Shown: positions 34,420 through 44,429, counted from the stretch's first letter. The stretch: 64,000 nucleotides of DNA from Bacillota bacterium (GCA_019420525.1 JAHZHA010000027.1:38050-102049), one strand, 5' to 3'. Translations and numbers: made by a program. Notes: a model not told the origin generated them from the letters alone.

Positions 34420-36006
34420 AATTTCTTTATCACTCTTCACTGCTTTTCCAGGATCATCCTTTTTCTCCAGTTCCATCAGACGGATAATCTCGTCAGCGAC
34501 ACGGTTTGAACCCATACCGTCGGTATGTATCACCACATCAGCTGCAGAATGATATGCATCACTGCGCTTTTTCATAAGATAAGAAACAAATCCTCTGGCC
34601 ATGTGTTTATTCAACAGAGGCCGTTTGTCTCCTCCCCGCTTTACTCTCTCAAAAACGGTGTCCGGTGATGCCTCAAGCAGGATAATCGTTCCATTCTTTT
34701 TTAGATAATCCACATTCTGCTTTCTCATCACCGTCCCTCCTCCACAGGAAACAATAACTCCGGACGATTCTGAAATAATTTTTGTCTGATAGGTCTCCGC
34801 ATCCCGGAAGTACGCCTCTCCGTAACGCTCAAAAATATCTTTGATAGACATACCTTCCTGGCGTTCGATCAATTCATCCATTTCTTTTACTTTCATCCCC
34901 GTCTTCTTGGCGATTTTTCTCGCTACCGTGGACTTTCCAGTTCCCATGAAGCCGATGAGAATTACATTTTTCGTATTCCGACGCGGTCTGCCCTGAATTT
35001 TTTCCGAATCTGATCCCTGATGAATCGTAAGTAAAAAACGGTCTGCCTCATCAGCACCAATCTGTCCCGGAGCGGAGATCTGCCCCGCAGAAGCAAATGT
35101 TACCGCAGAACCGAAAATCTCTCCGGAAATCCGGCTGATCAATCCCATGGCTGACATGGAAACAGTAATCACTGGAATGGGATCATCCTGCCACTGCATC
35201 CGTTCCGTGGCAGAAAGAAGTGTCAATACATCCCGGGCATTTCGCGGCATTACAGCGATCTTCGCGATATCGGCGCCCATATCCTTCATAGCAGTGAGTC
35301 TCCGGACAATTTCATCCTCTGCAGGTGTCCTGCTGAAATCATGATACGACAGAACAGTAGCCACTCCTTTTCTGCGTGCCAGAGCAATCAGACGATCGGT
35401 CACATCCGCCCCTATGCGATATTCGATATCTATCAGATCCGCATATCCCGACTCGATAACGGCTTCATACAGAGCGACATAATCTTTTTTCCCGATGCTG
35501 CGTTCACCACCTTCTTTTGCCGTACGGAAGGTAAAAAGAACAGGCCTCCCTTCCAGACGCCCCGATAATTTACGCAGCGCTGCCAGAACTGCTTTGATAT
35601 CCATACAGCGTCGGAAGTAATCTACTCTCCACTCTACCAGATCCGCCGGAGAATACAGAACTTTATCGGCCTGGTTCAGAATATCATCCACCGTTTTGCC
35701 CACTACAGGCACGCAGATCTTCGGCATACCTTCGCCAATCCGTACGCCCTTCACTTCTATGACACTGCCGGCAATTTTCCGGTTCCTGTGTTCACTTCCG
35801 TTTCTTTCCTTTTCTCTTCCATCTTTCTTTTTCCGGATTGTCATCTCATGCTTCCGTCTGCTGTTTTTTTCGTACGGTTCCGGCGAAAGTGATTTTCTTA
35901 CTTTCTTTGATTTCTTTTTTCCGGCACTGGCACCGGAAGTTTTTTCCTTCTGTTCTTTCTGTTCTTTTTTATTCTTCATTTCCGTCCTCATCTGTATTTC
36001 CGCCAT
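34411..36006 (-). CDS. Bifunctional 3-dehydroquinate dehydratase (type I) / shikimate kinase fusion with Lys-rich N-terminal extension
   Basis: The AroD region (VIEVKGVRIGEGMPKICVPVVGKT...VEWRVD) aligns with the type I DHQase N-terminus. The AroK P-loop is ILIGFMGTGKSTVARKIAKKTG. The true start is uncertain: the first 80-90 codons are Lys/Glu-rich low complexity. Confidence 0.7.
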   Translation of the reverse strand: MAEIQMRTEMKNKKEQKEQKEKTSGASAGKKKSKKVRKSLSPEPYEKNSRRKHEMTIRKKKDGREKERNGSEHRNRKIAGSVIEVKGVRIGEGMPKICVPVVGKTVDDILNQADKVLYSPADLVEWRVDYFRRCMDIKAVLAALRKLSGRLEGRPVLFTFRTAKEGGERSIGKKDYVALYEAVIESGYADLIDIEYRIGADVTDRLIALARRKGVATVLSYHDFSRTPAEDEIVRRLTAMKDMGADIAKIAVMPRNARDVLTLLSATERMQWQDDPIPVITVSMSAMGLISRISGEIFGSAVTFASAGQISAPGQIGADEADRFLLTIHQGSDSEKIQGRPRRNTKNVILIGFMGTGKSTVARKIAKKTGMKVKEMDELIERQEGMSIKDIFERYGEAYFRDAETYQTKIISESSGVIVSCGGGTVMRKQNVDYLKKNGTIILLEASPDTVFERVKRGGDKRPLLNKHMARGFVSYLMKKRSDAYHSAADVVIHTDGMGSNRVADEIIRLMELEKKDDPGKAVKSDKEILV

Positions 36007-36316
36007 CCTGTGCCTCTATATAATCGTCTTCGATAGGTACTGGCCGAATCGCCTCTCTGGCCCTCTCCAGCATCTCACCGGGAACATACATCCCGATAGG
36101 ATAGACGCTGTTGAATCCCAGAGCGATTTCCAGATAATTCGATGCTCCCTCATACCTTCTGACCACGGGGATATTCTCCGCTCTCAGCTTTGATTCCAGC
36201 AGATCCGCTTCAAAACTGGAACCTGCCGTCGTGAGATAGACACCTCCGCGCCACTCTTCGTCGTTTTCATTTTTCTGGTCTTTCTCACCGAACAGTCTGC
36301 GAAATCCTTTCATCAT
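35969..36316 (-). CDS. DUF2007-like small protein (putative signal-transducing protein family)
   Basis: ATGATG start with RBS AAAAGGAGACG. About 115 aa with an acidic C-terminus. The ORF-track start at 36385 is over-extended. Confidence 0.45.
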   Translation of the reverse strand: MMKGFRRLFGEKDQKNENDEEWRGGVYLTTAGSSFEADLLESKLRAENIPVVRRYEGASNYLEIALGFNSVYPIGMYVPGEMLERAREAIRPVPIEDDYIEAQDGGNTDEDGNEE

Positions 36317-36529
36317 AATACGTCTCCTTTTCTTCCACCTGCACTGCAGAAATGCTGTTCCGCAGGCGTCTGCCTCCGGGATCATTTCTTTCTATAAAAA
36401 AATACCCAGTCCGAAAGCGAACCGGGTATGATTTTTGTACAGAAAGCCGCATAGCCTGCCGCTCCTCTGTGCGTCATCTCTTCAGCCTGAGGCTGCGGGA
36501 AGAACAGCGGAATCCATCCGTCGGACCGC

Positions 36530-38437
36530 TCAGCATTTCTTCGTTCTGATTTCTTCTTTAAGCATTTCCAGCAATTGATCCGTAGGGATCTGTCCGAGAT
36601 CGCCCTCTTTGCTTGAACGCACAGAAAGAAGGCCTGATTCCTGTTCTTTTTCACCGATGGTGACGATGTACGGAGTCCTCTCGTTTCTCGCCTCTCTGAT
36701 TTTATAACCGATCTTTTCATTTCGTACATCAGTTTCGACTCTCAAGCCGGCTTCTCTGCATTTTTCTGCCAGTTCCTCTGCAAACGGAGCAAATTTCTCT
36801 GTAACCGTCAGGAGTTTGATCTGTACAGGTGCCAGCCATAACGGGAATTTTCCTGCAAAGTGCTCTGTCAGAATACCTATGAATCTTTCGATAGATCCGA
36901 AAATAACCCTGTGAATCATGACAGGTCTGTGCTTTTCACCGTCTTTTCCCACATAAGTGAGGTCGAATCTCTGTGGCATCTGGAAATCCAGCTGAATCGT
37001 CCCGCACTGCCACGTTCTCTTCAGGCAGTCTTCCAGATGGAAGTCCAGTTTAGGTCCATAAAAAGCGCCATCCCCTTCATTGATCACATAATCGATACCT
37101 TTTTCCTCCAGACACTCTCTGAGAGCTGCAGTAGCCATTTCCCACTCTTCATCTGTGCCCATGGAATCCTCAGGACGGGTTGAGAGCTCGATATGGTAAG
37201 TGAAACCGAAAAGATTATATACATAGTCGATAAAATCGATAACACCTGCCACTTCTTCTTTGATCTGATCCGGCAGCATGAAGATATGGGCATCGTCCTG
37301 GGTGAACGTCCGCACTCTCATCAGACCGTGAAGAGCGCCGGAAAGCTCATGTCTGTGAACCTGACCAAGTTCCCCCATGCGAATCGGAAAATCACGGTAA
37401 GAATACATCTTTCTCTTGTAGACCAGCATAGAACCCGGACAATTCATCGGCTTGATGGCATAATCCGCTCCGTCGATCTTTGTAAAATACATGTTTTCTT
37501 TATAATGATCCCAGTGGCCTGATCTGTGCCACAGATCTTCGTTCAGTATCAGAGGTGTTTTAATTTCCTGATATCCTCTTTTGGTATGCTCCTGACGCCA
37601 GAAGTTTTCCAGCTCGTTGCGGATGACCATTCCTTTCGGCATGAAGAACGGGAATCCCGGACCTTCCTCGTAAATCGCAAACAAGTCCATTTCTTTTCCG
37701 ATCTTTCTGTGATCGCGCTTCTTCGCCTCTTCCAGCATCGCCAGATATTCGTCGAGCTCTTTCTGCTTCGGGAATGCCGTGGCATAAATCCTCTGAAGCA
37801 TCTTATTCTTTTCGTCTCCTCTCCAGTAAGCGCCTGCTACACTCTGGATCTTTATAGCTTTTACAGGTGACGTCGAAGAAAGATGCGGGCCTGCGCAGAG
37901 ATCCGTAAAATCTCCCTGTTTATAGAAAGAAATGACGGCATCTTCAGGAAGATCATTAATAAGTTCAACTTTATAATCTTCGTTTTTCTCCTTCATCAGT
38001 GCCAGAGCTTCCTCTCGCGGCAGTTCAAATCTTTCCAGCTTGAGACCGGATTCCACGATTTTTCTCATTTCTTTTTCGATAGCAGGAAAATCTTCCTCTG
38101 TAAAGCGGTGCTCCAGATCGAAGTCATAATAGAACCCATTGTCGATGGCCGGTCCGATGGCCAGCTTCGCTTCCGGATAAAGTTTTTTCACCGCCTGAGC
38201 GAGAATATGCGAAGCTGTGTGACGGAATGTATGAGCACCTTCTTCATCGGAAAACTTCAGAATTTCCAGCGTACAGTCACCGGGAAGAATATAGTCCGTC
38301 CCCTGAATTTCACCATTTACTTTTGCAGCCACCGCTTCCTTTGCCAGTCCGCGGCTGATGCTCTTGGCCGCATCCAGCACGCTGCTTCCTTCTTCTAATT
38401 CCCTGACACTTCCGTCTGCCAGTGTTACCTTAATCAT
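36530..38437 (-). CDS. thrS: Threonine--tRNA ligase
   Basis: TGS-like N-terminus, class II core motifs and an anticodon-binding domain. Full-length similarity to ThrS is evident (...HRDLFAIYEEGPGFPFFMPKG...). Confidence 0.9.
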   Translation of the reverse strand: MIKVTLADGSVRELEEGSSVLDAAKSISRGLAKEAVAAKVNGEIQGTDYILPGDCTLEILKFSDEEGAHTFRHTASHILAQAVKKLYPEAKLAIGPAIDNGFYYDFDLEHRFTEEDFPAIEKEMRKIVESGLKLERFELPREEALALMKEKNEDYKVELINDLPEDAVISFYKQGDFTDLCAGPHLSSTSPVKAIKIQSVAGAYWRGDEKNKMLQRIYATAFPKQKELDEYLAMLEEAKKRDHRKIGKEMDLFAIYEEGPGFPFFMPKGMVIRNELENFWRQEHTKRGYQEIKTPLILNEDLWHRSGHWDHYKENMYFTKIDGADYAIKPMNCPGSMLVYKRKMYSYRDFPIRMGELGQVHRHELSGALHGLMRVRTFTQDDAHIFMLPDQIKEEVAGVIDFIDYVYNLFGFTYHIELSTRPEDSMGTDEEWEMATAALRECLEEKGIDYVINEGDGAFYGPKLDFHLEDCLKRTWQCGTIQLDFQMPQRFDLTYVGKDGEKHRPVMIHRVIFGSIERFIGILTEHFAGKFPLWLAPVQIKLLTVTEKFAPFAEELAEKCREAGLRVETDVRNEKIGYKIREARNERTPYIVTIGEKEQESGLLSVRSSKEGDLGQIPTDQLLEMLKEEIRTKKC

Positions 38438-38555
38438 CGTAAAATCCTCCTTTGCCGGATGCAGAAAAAACTCCGGCCCGTCTTATCTCATATCCTGCTG
38501 CGCGAAATGTCTTTTGGAGCAATAGCGCGCACAGAGCTGAATGTCTATCTTTTTC

Positions 38556-38583
38556 ATTATATTCTATTTCCATGGTTTGTCAA
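38556..38583 (-). promoter_or_regulatory. Sigma-A promoter for thrS
   Basis: On the minus strand: TTGACA - 16 nt - TATAAT. The leader is only about 115 nt. Confidence 0.4.
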
Positions 38584-38592
38584 TGAAACCCG

Positions 38593-39246
38593 TCAGCCCA
38601 TGAGAGCAATGAGTTCATGTACTCTCGTTTCCACATCCTCCGCTCCGTACACAGCACTGCCTGCCACAGCAATATCAACCCCTGCAGCCGAAACTTCAGC
38701 CATATTTCCAATGCCTACGCCGCCGTCGATTTCAATCTCGAAAGTATATCCGTGCTCTTCCCGGATCTGTGCCAGACGGCGTACTTTTTCGAGTGCCGAA
38801 GGAATAAAAGACTGACCTCCGAATCCGGGGTTAACCGACATCACCAGAATAAGATCCGCCATATCTGCGATATATTCCACCGCTGACAGAGGTGTCGCAG
38901 GATTGAGAGCCACTCCTGCCTTGACACCCAGATCCCGAATAGACTGAAGTGTCTTGTGAAGATGTGTACACGCCTCCGCATGGACAGTGATAAACTCTGT
39001 CTGCGAAGTCACAAAAAGCGGCGCATACCGGTCCGGATCGGAAATCATCAGATGAACGTCAAAAGGCATAGATGTCCAGCGCTGCAGGCTTTTCATCACC
39101 GCCGGTCCGATGGTAATATTGGGAACAAAATGACCGTCCATGACATCCACATGGACCAGATGTGCTCCTGCATCCTCGATTTTTTTTACATCTTCTCCCA
39201 GTTTTGAAAAATCTGCCGATAAAATAGACGGTGCAAGTCTTTTCAT
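38593..39246 (-). CDS. rpe: Ribulose-phosphate 3-epimerase
   Basis: MKRLAPSILSADFSKLGEDV...HVDVMDGHFVPN motifs. Confidence 0.85.
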   Translation of the reverse strand: MKRLAPSILSADFSKLGEDVKKIEDAGAHLVHVDVMDGHFVPNITIGPAVMKSLQRWTSMPFDVHLMISDPDRYAPLFVTSQTEFITVHAEACTHLHKTLQSIRDLGVKAGVALNPATPLSAVEYIADMADLILVMSVNPGFGGQSFIPSALEKVRRLAQIREEHGYTFEIEIDGGVGIGNMAEVSAAGVDIAVAGSAVYGAEDVETRVHELIALMG

Positions 39247-39309
39247 AATTTTTCTCCTGATCTCCTCTGAATCTATGTTGATATTCTGTAAAAACTGCCA
39301 GTTACGCTT

Positions 39310-40191
39310 TTAAGTATATTTGCGTTTCTGCCTTTCTCTGATTTCCTCCAGCTGACTCAGATATGACTGATATCTGCTCTCAGACACTTCTCCCCGGATT
39401 ACAGCCTCTTTCACGGCACATCCCGGTTCATTCTGATGACGACAGCCATTGAATTTACATTCTGACGATAACCCGTCAAATTCCGGAAAGAGATGTGTAA
39501 GCATTTCTTCTTCCGTCGGCGGTGCATCAAACGACGTAAATCCCGGTGTATCGAAAATCATTCCGCCGAATTCCAGACGGAAAAGCTCCACATGGCGGGT
39601 AGTATGACGTCCGCGCTTTGTCTTTTCGCTTATTTCACCGGTCTCTGCATTGAGTCCATGGATGAGATTATTCATAATCGTCGATTTCCCTACTCCAGAA
39701 GGACCTGCCAGCGCACTTCTCTTATCTTTCAGATACGGAATCAGCTGATCTATCCCCTCTTCTCTCCGGGCATCAGAAAAAATCACGGGATAAACTCCAC
39801 TATATATCTCTCGCAATCTCTGAATTTCATCCTTGTCCACCAGATCTGCCTTATTAAAGCACATGACAACTTCCACATCCTTCAGTTCCGCCATGGTCAG
39901 AAACTTATCTATCACGATAAAATTAGGAGCCGGGTTTTTCATGGCGCTGACGACGACAAACTGTTCCACATTTGCCACGGGAGGACGTTCAAACACATTT
40001 CTTCGCTCTTTAATTTCCGCGATCACCGGAGATCCTCCGGAAAAATCCAGAAGGACCTCGTCCCCCACATAAGGCTTCTGACTTTTATTCTTGAAAACGC
40101 CTCTCGCTTTGCACTCATATACAGCATTGCCGGTATCCACATAGTAGAAACCGGCAATTCCTTTCACAATCGTTCCGTATTTTGAGTTCAC
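39310..40191 (-). CDS. rsgA: Ribosome small-subunit-dependent GTPase A
   Basis: Circularly permuted GTPase: G4 NKADL, then G1 GPSGVGKST, and a C-terminal zinc finger CKFNGCRHQNEPGC. Confidence 0.85.
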   Translation of the reverse strand: MNSKYGTIVKGIAGFYYVDTGNAVYECKARGVFKNKSQKPYVGDEVLLDFSGGSPVIAEIKERRNVFERPPVANVEQFVVVSAMKNPAPNFIVIDKFLTMAELKDVEVVMCFNKADLVDKDEIQRLREIYSGVYPVIFSDARREEGIDQLIPYLKDKRSALAGPSGVGKSTIMNNLIHGLNAETGEISEKTKRGRHTTRHVELFRLEFGGMIFDTPGFTSFDAPPTEEEMLTHLFPEFDGLSSECKFNGCRHQNEPGCAVKEAVIRGEVSESRYQSYLSQLEEIRERQKRKYT

Positions 40192-40219
40192 TGATCTTTT
40201 TTCATCTTTTTCTGAAATA

Positions 40220-42238
40220 TTAATTTAAATCACCCGTCTCAAAATTCGCAGTATACTGATTTACAACCGTATTATCCATGAGAACTCTGACAGTAGCATT
40301 CGTTCCCACACCTGTCAGAACCACTCGTTCAGAACCGTCTGCTTTATTGCGCTGCTGATTATTTACGATATACCGCAGACCGTTGGAATCTGTCACCGTA
40401 ACCGTAAGAACGAAGACCTCATTGTCTGCATTACTGTAATCGATAGTCAGCGGAATCGATACATATTCAGGCTCCGTTTCTTCCGGTCCCTTACTGATCA
40501 CCAGGTCTACAGACGTTCCCTCTGCTTCCTCTGATCCGGCTTTCGGACTCTGGGAAATGACCAGACCTTCTTCCACATCATCACTGTACTCAGTGCTGAC
40601 ATTGCCCAGTTCAAATCCGTTTTCTTCCAGCTTTTCTTTTGCAGCGCTCTGGGAAAGGCCACGTACATCAGGGACTTCCGTATTCTCTGCTGCGCGGCTT
40701 ACTACGAGATTAACCGACGTTCCGGTCTCGACTTCTTCTCCCGCTTCCGGATCCTGACTGATTACCGTGCCATCCGGCAGATCGCTGTCTTCGTCATATT
40801 TTACGGAACCGCACTTCAGATCGAATTTTTCCAGCAGTTCCTTTGCTTCATCGAGTTTCTTTCCAACGGTATTCGGCGTCTTGACGCTCTCTGAATCGCT
40901 TCCCTTGCTGAGAATCAGACGGACCTTATAGCCTTTCTTGACTTCGCGTCCCACATCCGGATCCGTGGAGACAACCTCGCCCGCCTCATATTCATCGCTG
41001 ATGACAGGCGTACCCAGAGTATATCCAAGACCGGCTTTCTCCAGCTCAGCTGCAGCTTCTTCTTCTGTCATTCCGAGAACGTCAGGGATCTTCACAGTTT
41101 TGTCTGAGCCTCCGAAAACATTGAGAAGTAAAATACTCAGTGGGATCGCACAGATCAGAGCCAGAACCACAGGAAGGATCTTTCTCTTCTTCGAAGATTT
41201 TTTCCTTTCTTTTCCAGCAGCATCTTTATTCTTCGTCTTATCTTTCTTTTTTCTGCGCAGTTTTCCCGCCAGAAGACTTTTCTCTTCTTCCTCCTCGTCG
41301 TCGTCAAATCCGCCGTAGCCGCCGTAATTATCGTAACTTCCATCCTGACGTCCGCTGCCGCCGTCTCTCGGAATCGCATAGAACTCTCTGAGCCCCATGC
41401 CGCTCCGTTCCGAAACGATGCTGTTCTCCGCCTGTACGAGAGCCTCGTACATCTCGTCTGCGCTCTTATAGCGGTCCGGCTGATGCTTCGCCGTAGCTTT
41501 GAGCACTACTTTATCGAGAGCCGGAGAAACAGCCGGATTAATTCTGGAAGGTGGCTGAACCGCCTCGTTCATGTGCATCATAGCCACGCTCACCGGATTA
41601 TCGCCGTCGAACGGTACGCTGCCCGTCAGCATCTCATAAAGTACGATACCCAGAGAATAGATATCCGATCTGGCATCGACATAGCCGCCCCGTGCCTGTT
41701 CCGGCGACAGATAATGTACCGACCCCATCACCGTACTCGTATTATTTACGATCGTTCCGCTGTTGACTGCTTTAGCGATGCCGAAATCGGCGATCTTGGC
41801 TGTACCATCTTCCGACATCAGGATATTGTGCGGTTTCACGTCTCTGTGAATAATATTTTTCTTGTGTGCGGAACTCAGCGCCTGTGCGATCTGCTTCGCG
41901 ATATCGATGGCACGCATCTCGTCCAGCGGTCCGTCTCTGCGTATGATATCACTGAGTGTGTCGCCCTCCAGCACTTCCATGACGATATAGTAAATATTGC
42001 CCTCTTTGCCCACATCGAACACCGAAACGATATTCGGATGGGAAAGACCCGCAGCAGCCTGAGATTCTCTGCGGAAACTATCGATAAACTTCGGATCCTT
42101 GATGAATTCAGGCTTCAGGATTTTTATGGCAACGAAACGGTTCAACAGGCGATCCTTAGCTTTATATACGACCGCCATGCCTCCGTCCCCGATTTTTTCG
42201 ATTAATTCGTATCTTCCTGCCAGTATTTTACTGCCCAT
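40220..42238 (-). CDS. prkC: Ser/Thr protein kinase with extracellular PASTA repeats (PrkC/StkP-like)
   Basis: Hanks kinase motifs (GDGGMAVVYKA, HRDVKPHNIL, DFGIA), a TM helix, and PASTA-like repeats in the C-terminal third. Confidence 0.85.
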   Translation of the reverse strand: MGSKILAGRYELIEKIGDGGMAVVYKAKDRLLNRFVAIKILKPEFIKDPKFIDSFRRESQAAAGLSHPNIVSVFDVGKEGNIYYIVMEVLEGDTLSDIIRRDGPLDEMRAIDIAKQIAQALSSAHKKNIIHRDVKPHNILMSEDGTAKIADFGIAKAVNSGTIVNNTSTVMGSVHYLSPEQARGGYVDARSDIYSLGIVLYEMLTGSVPFDGDNPVSVAMMHMNEAVQPPSRINPAVSPALDKVVLKATAKHQPDRYKSADEMYEALVQAENSIVSERSGMGLREFYAIPRDGGSGRQDGSYDNYGGYGGFDDDEEEEEKSLLAGKLRRKKKDKTKNKDAAGKERKKSSKKRKILPVVLALICAIPLSILLLNVFGGSDKTVKIPDVLGMTEEEAAAELEKAGLGYTLGTPVISDEYEAGEVVSTDPDVGREVKKGYKVRLILSKGSDSESVKTPNTVGKKLDEAKELLEKFDLKCGSVKYDEDSDLPDGTVISQDPEAGEEVETGTSVNLVVSRAAENTEVPDVRGLSQSAAKEKLEENGFELGNVSTEYSDDVEEGLVISQSPKAGSEEAEGTSVDLVISKGPEETEPEYVSIPLTIDYSNADNEVFVLTVTVTDSNGLRYIVNNQQRNKADGSERVVLTGVGTNATVRVLMDNTVVNQYTANFETGDLN

Positions 42239-42258
42239 AACAGGTATTCCCCCTCTAA

Positions 42259-42984
42259 TTAAAATCTGACGCTGACAACGGTGATATTGTCGTTGCCCGC
42301 ATTGTCATTCGCTGCATCCACGAGCCTCGAACATGCTTCCCGCATATTCCTCGCTTCGAGAACTGTCCTGCAGATTTCTTCCTTACTCACTTCATTATAC
42401 AACCCATCGGTGCACATTAAAATAATATCCTGCGGATAAATTTTAAACATATAGAAGTCAGGTCTGACCGACTCCTCTGCTCCCACCGCTCTGGTGATCA
42501 TATTGCGGTCCGGATGCGTCTGGGCCTGGACCTCTGTGATAATGCCCTTTTTGACAAGATCGTGGACAAACGTGTGATCCTCTGTAATCTGGGACATCTC
42601 GCCGTCCCGGATCAGATAGGCTCTGCTGTCCCCGATATTGACCACATAGGCGGTATCGTTTCTGATATATAACATCAGCAGTGTCGTGGCCATTCCCCTG
42701 GGAGCCGTATCCTGCGCCAGTCTGCGGACGTGGGAATTCACTTCCGTAATCAGAGAGAGAAAATAATCGATGAGAATATCGTCTCCCCCGTCGGCAGGAA
42801 TCGGGTTTTCTCTGATAAATCCCGCGATATCCGTCAAGGTCATCCGGCTGGCAACTTCGCCGGAATTATGGCCTCCGACCCCGTCGGCCACCAGAAAAAT
42901 ACCGGCCTCGGGCATTACAAAAAAAGCGTCCTGATTATTTTCTCGCTTTTTTCCCGTATCGCTTCTGAATCCAAATTCAAGCAT
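42259..42984 (-). CDS. stp: PP2C-family Ser/Thr phosphatase (Stp/PrpC)
   Basis: PP2C motifs (RENNQDAFFV..., VADGVGGHNSGEVAS, DNITVV). Start MLEFGFRSDTGKKREN at 42984. The ORF-track start at 43116 is over-extended. Confidence 0.8.
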   Translation of the reverse strand: MLEFGFRSDTGKKRENNQDAFFVMPEAGIFLVADGVGGHNSGEVASRMTLTDIAGFIRENPIPADGGDDILIDYFLSLITEVNSHVRRLAQDTAPRGMATTLLMLYIRNDTAYVVNIGDSRAYLIRDGEMSQITEDHTFVHDLVKKGIITEVQAQTHPDRNMITRAVGAEESVRPDFYMFKIYPQDIILMCTDGLYNEVSKEEICRTVLEARNMREACSRLVDAANDNAGNDNITVVSVRF

Positions 42985-43159
42985 TTTTCCTCTCCGTATC
43001 CCGCACAGGAAAATGAAACTTTCCCGTGCTGACTCTGTTTTTTCAGGCAGTTCACCGGAAGCATGCCTCCGACTGCTTACAAAACAGAACTTCCCTAAAC
43101 AAAGGGTGACCGCCACATGGCGGTCACCCGGTAAAATCAGATTTTGTACTTTTGTAAAT

Positions 43160-44266
43160 CTACATCATCGCTGTAGGCCGAGCTATGCAAGCATAATGGC
43201 TCGCCCAGTAGCCCGATGAAAAGCTGCTGATCGAAATGCCGCTGCTGGAAGCGGAATGAATCATCTGGTTATTGCCGAGATATATGCCTACATGAGTATA
43301 TGTCTTTGAGGTGTTGTATGTATTTTTGAAAAATACCAGATCTCCCGGCTTTGCCTCCGCTTTGGAAACCGTCTTGCACTGTGCGATTACACCGTCACAG
43401 CTTCCGTAGAACTGATTCCATACACCGCTTTTGATCATGACGTAACCGACATATCCGGAACAGTCAAACCCCGTGGACGGCGATTTGCCGCCGCTGCGGT
43501 AACGGATTCCGAGATACTGCTTCGCGTTGGAAATGATCGTATCCGTAAGCACCTCTTCTGCCGAAGGTTCTGCGACTTCCGGTTCCGCCGGCGCGCTTCC
43601 GTATCTCACTTCGTCAGACGGTGCAGCCAGCGATTCGATCCCGCCCATGCTGTCAAGGAACTGGAAGAGCGTGCAATCCGCTCCGCTGAGCTTCGTATCA
43701 AGCGCATCATCAGCGATGAGAACGAGCGTTCCTCTCGTGAAGCTGTCGGACTTCATGCTCTGTGCTTCCGCTTCTGTCAAAAGACCGCAGCTGACTGCAG
43801 TGGCGAATAACTGATCCTCTGTGAGATCCTGTCCGCTTTCCACATATCCGAGAGCGTTGAGAACCATTGCGAGGAATTCCGCCGTGTCAGCATTTTCACC
43901 GGGATGATAAGCTCCGTCTGCCGTATCTCCGATGACGCCATTTTCGTAAAGATAGCCGATATAATCGGAAGACCAGTCGTTCACATCTTTGTATGGATGG
44001 TGATATGCGCCGGATAAAGCGTCGTCTTCTGCTCCCAGAAGGCGCACCACCATCGCAGCTGCTTCGGCTTTCGTTGTGGTTCCGTTCAGATCAAACCCAT
44101 AAGCGCCGCCTTTGAAAAGTCCGTAGGTATACAACTTTTCCGCTGCAGCCTGACTTTCGCCTGCATTTGCACTGCTGACAGACGTATCCGCATAAGATAC
44201 CGCGCAGGAAGAAAATGACACAGCAAAAACCAAGGCTAAACTTATTATCGTCTTTCGCGAAATCAT
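43160..44266 (-). CDS. Secreted NlpC/P60-family peptidoglycan hydrolase with SLH-like N-terminal repeats
   Basis: Signal peptide, SLH-like helices (KAEAAAMVVRLLG; TAEFLAMVLNALG) and a C-terminal NlpC/P60 core (FDCSGYVGYV...THVGIYLG...H). Confidence 0.65.
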   Translation of the reverse strand: MISRKTIISLALVFAVSFSSCAVSYADTSVSSANAGESQAAAEKLYTYGLFKGGAYGFDLNGTTTKAEAAAMVVRLLGAEDDALSGAYHHPYKDVNDWSSDYIGYLYENGVIGDTADGAYHPGENADTAEFLAMVLNALGYVESGQDLTEDQLFATAVSCGLLTEAEAQSMKSDSFTRGTLVLIADDALDTKLSGADCTLFQFLDSMGGIESLAAPSDEVRYGSAPAEPEVAEPSAEEVLTDTIISNAKQYLGIRYRSGGKSPSTGFDCSGYVGYVMIKSGVWNQFYGSCDGVIAQCKTVSKAEAKPGDLVFFKNTYNTSKTYTHVGIYLGNNQMIHSASSSGISISSFSSGYWASHYACIARPTAMM

Positions 44267-44400
44267 AAAGTGTCTCCTTCAATTTCAACTCAATATTCAA
44301 TTCTGTTTCAACTTTTCGTGCTTCCGAATTTAAAATGCGCTGACTTAAATTTGCCGATTCCGCCGGCGCACCTTGCCGATAAATTCATAACACATTGACT

Positions 44401-44429
44401 ATTATACATAATGAATCCCATTTTTGCAA
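44401..44429 (-). promoter_or_regulatory. Sigma-A promoter for the NlpC/P60 gene
   Basis: On the minus strand: TTGCAA - 17 nt - TATAAT. Confidence 0.45.
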
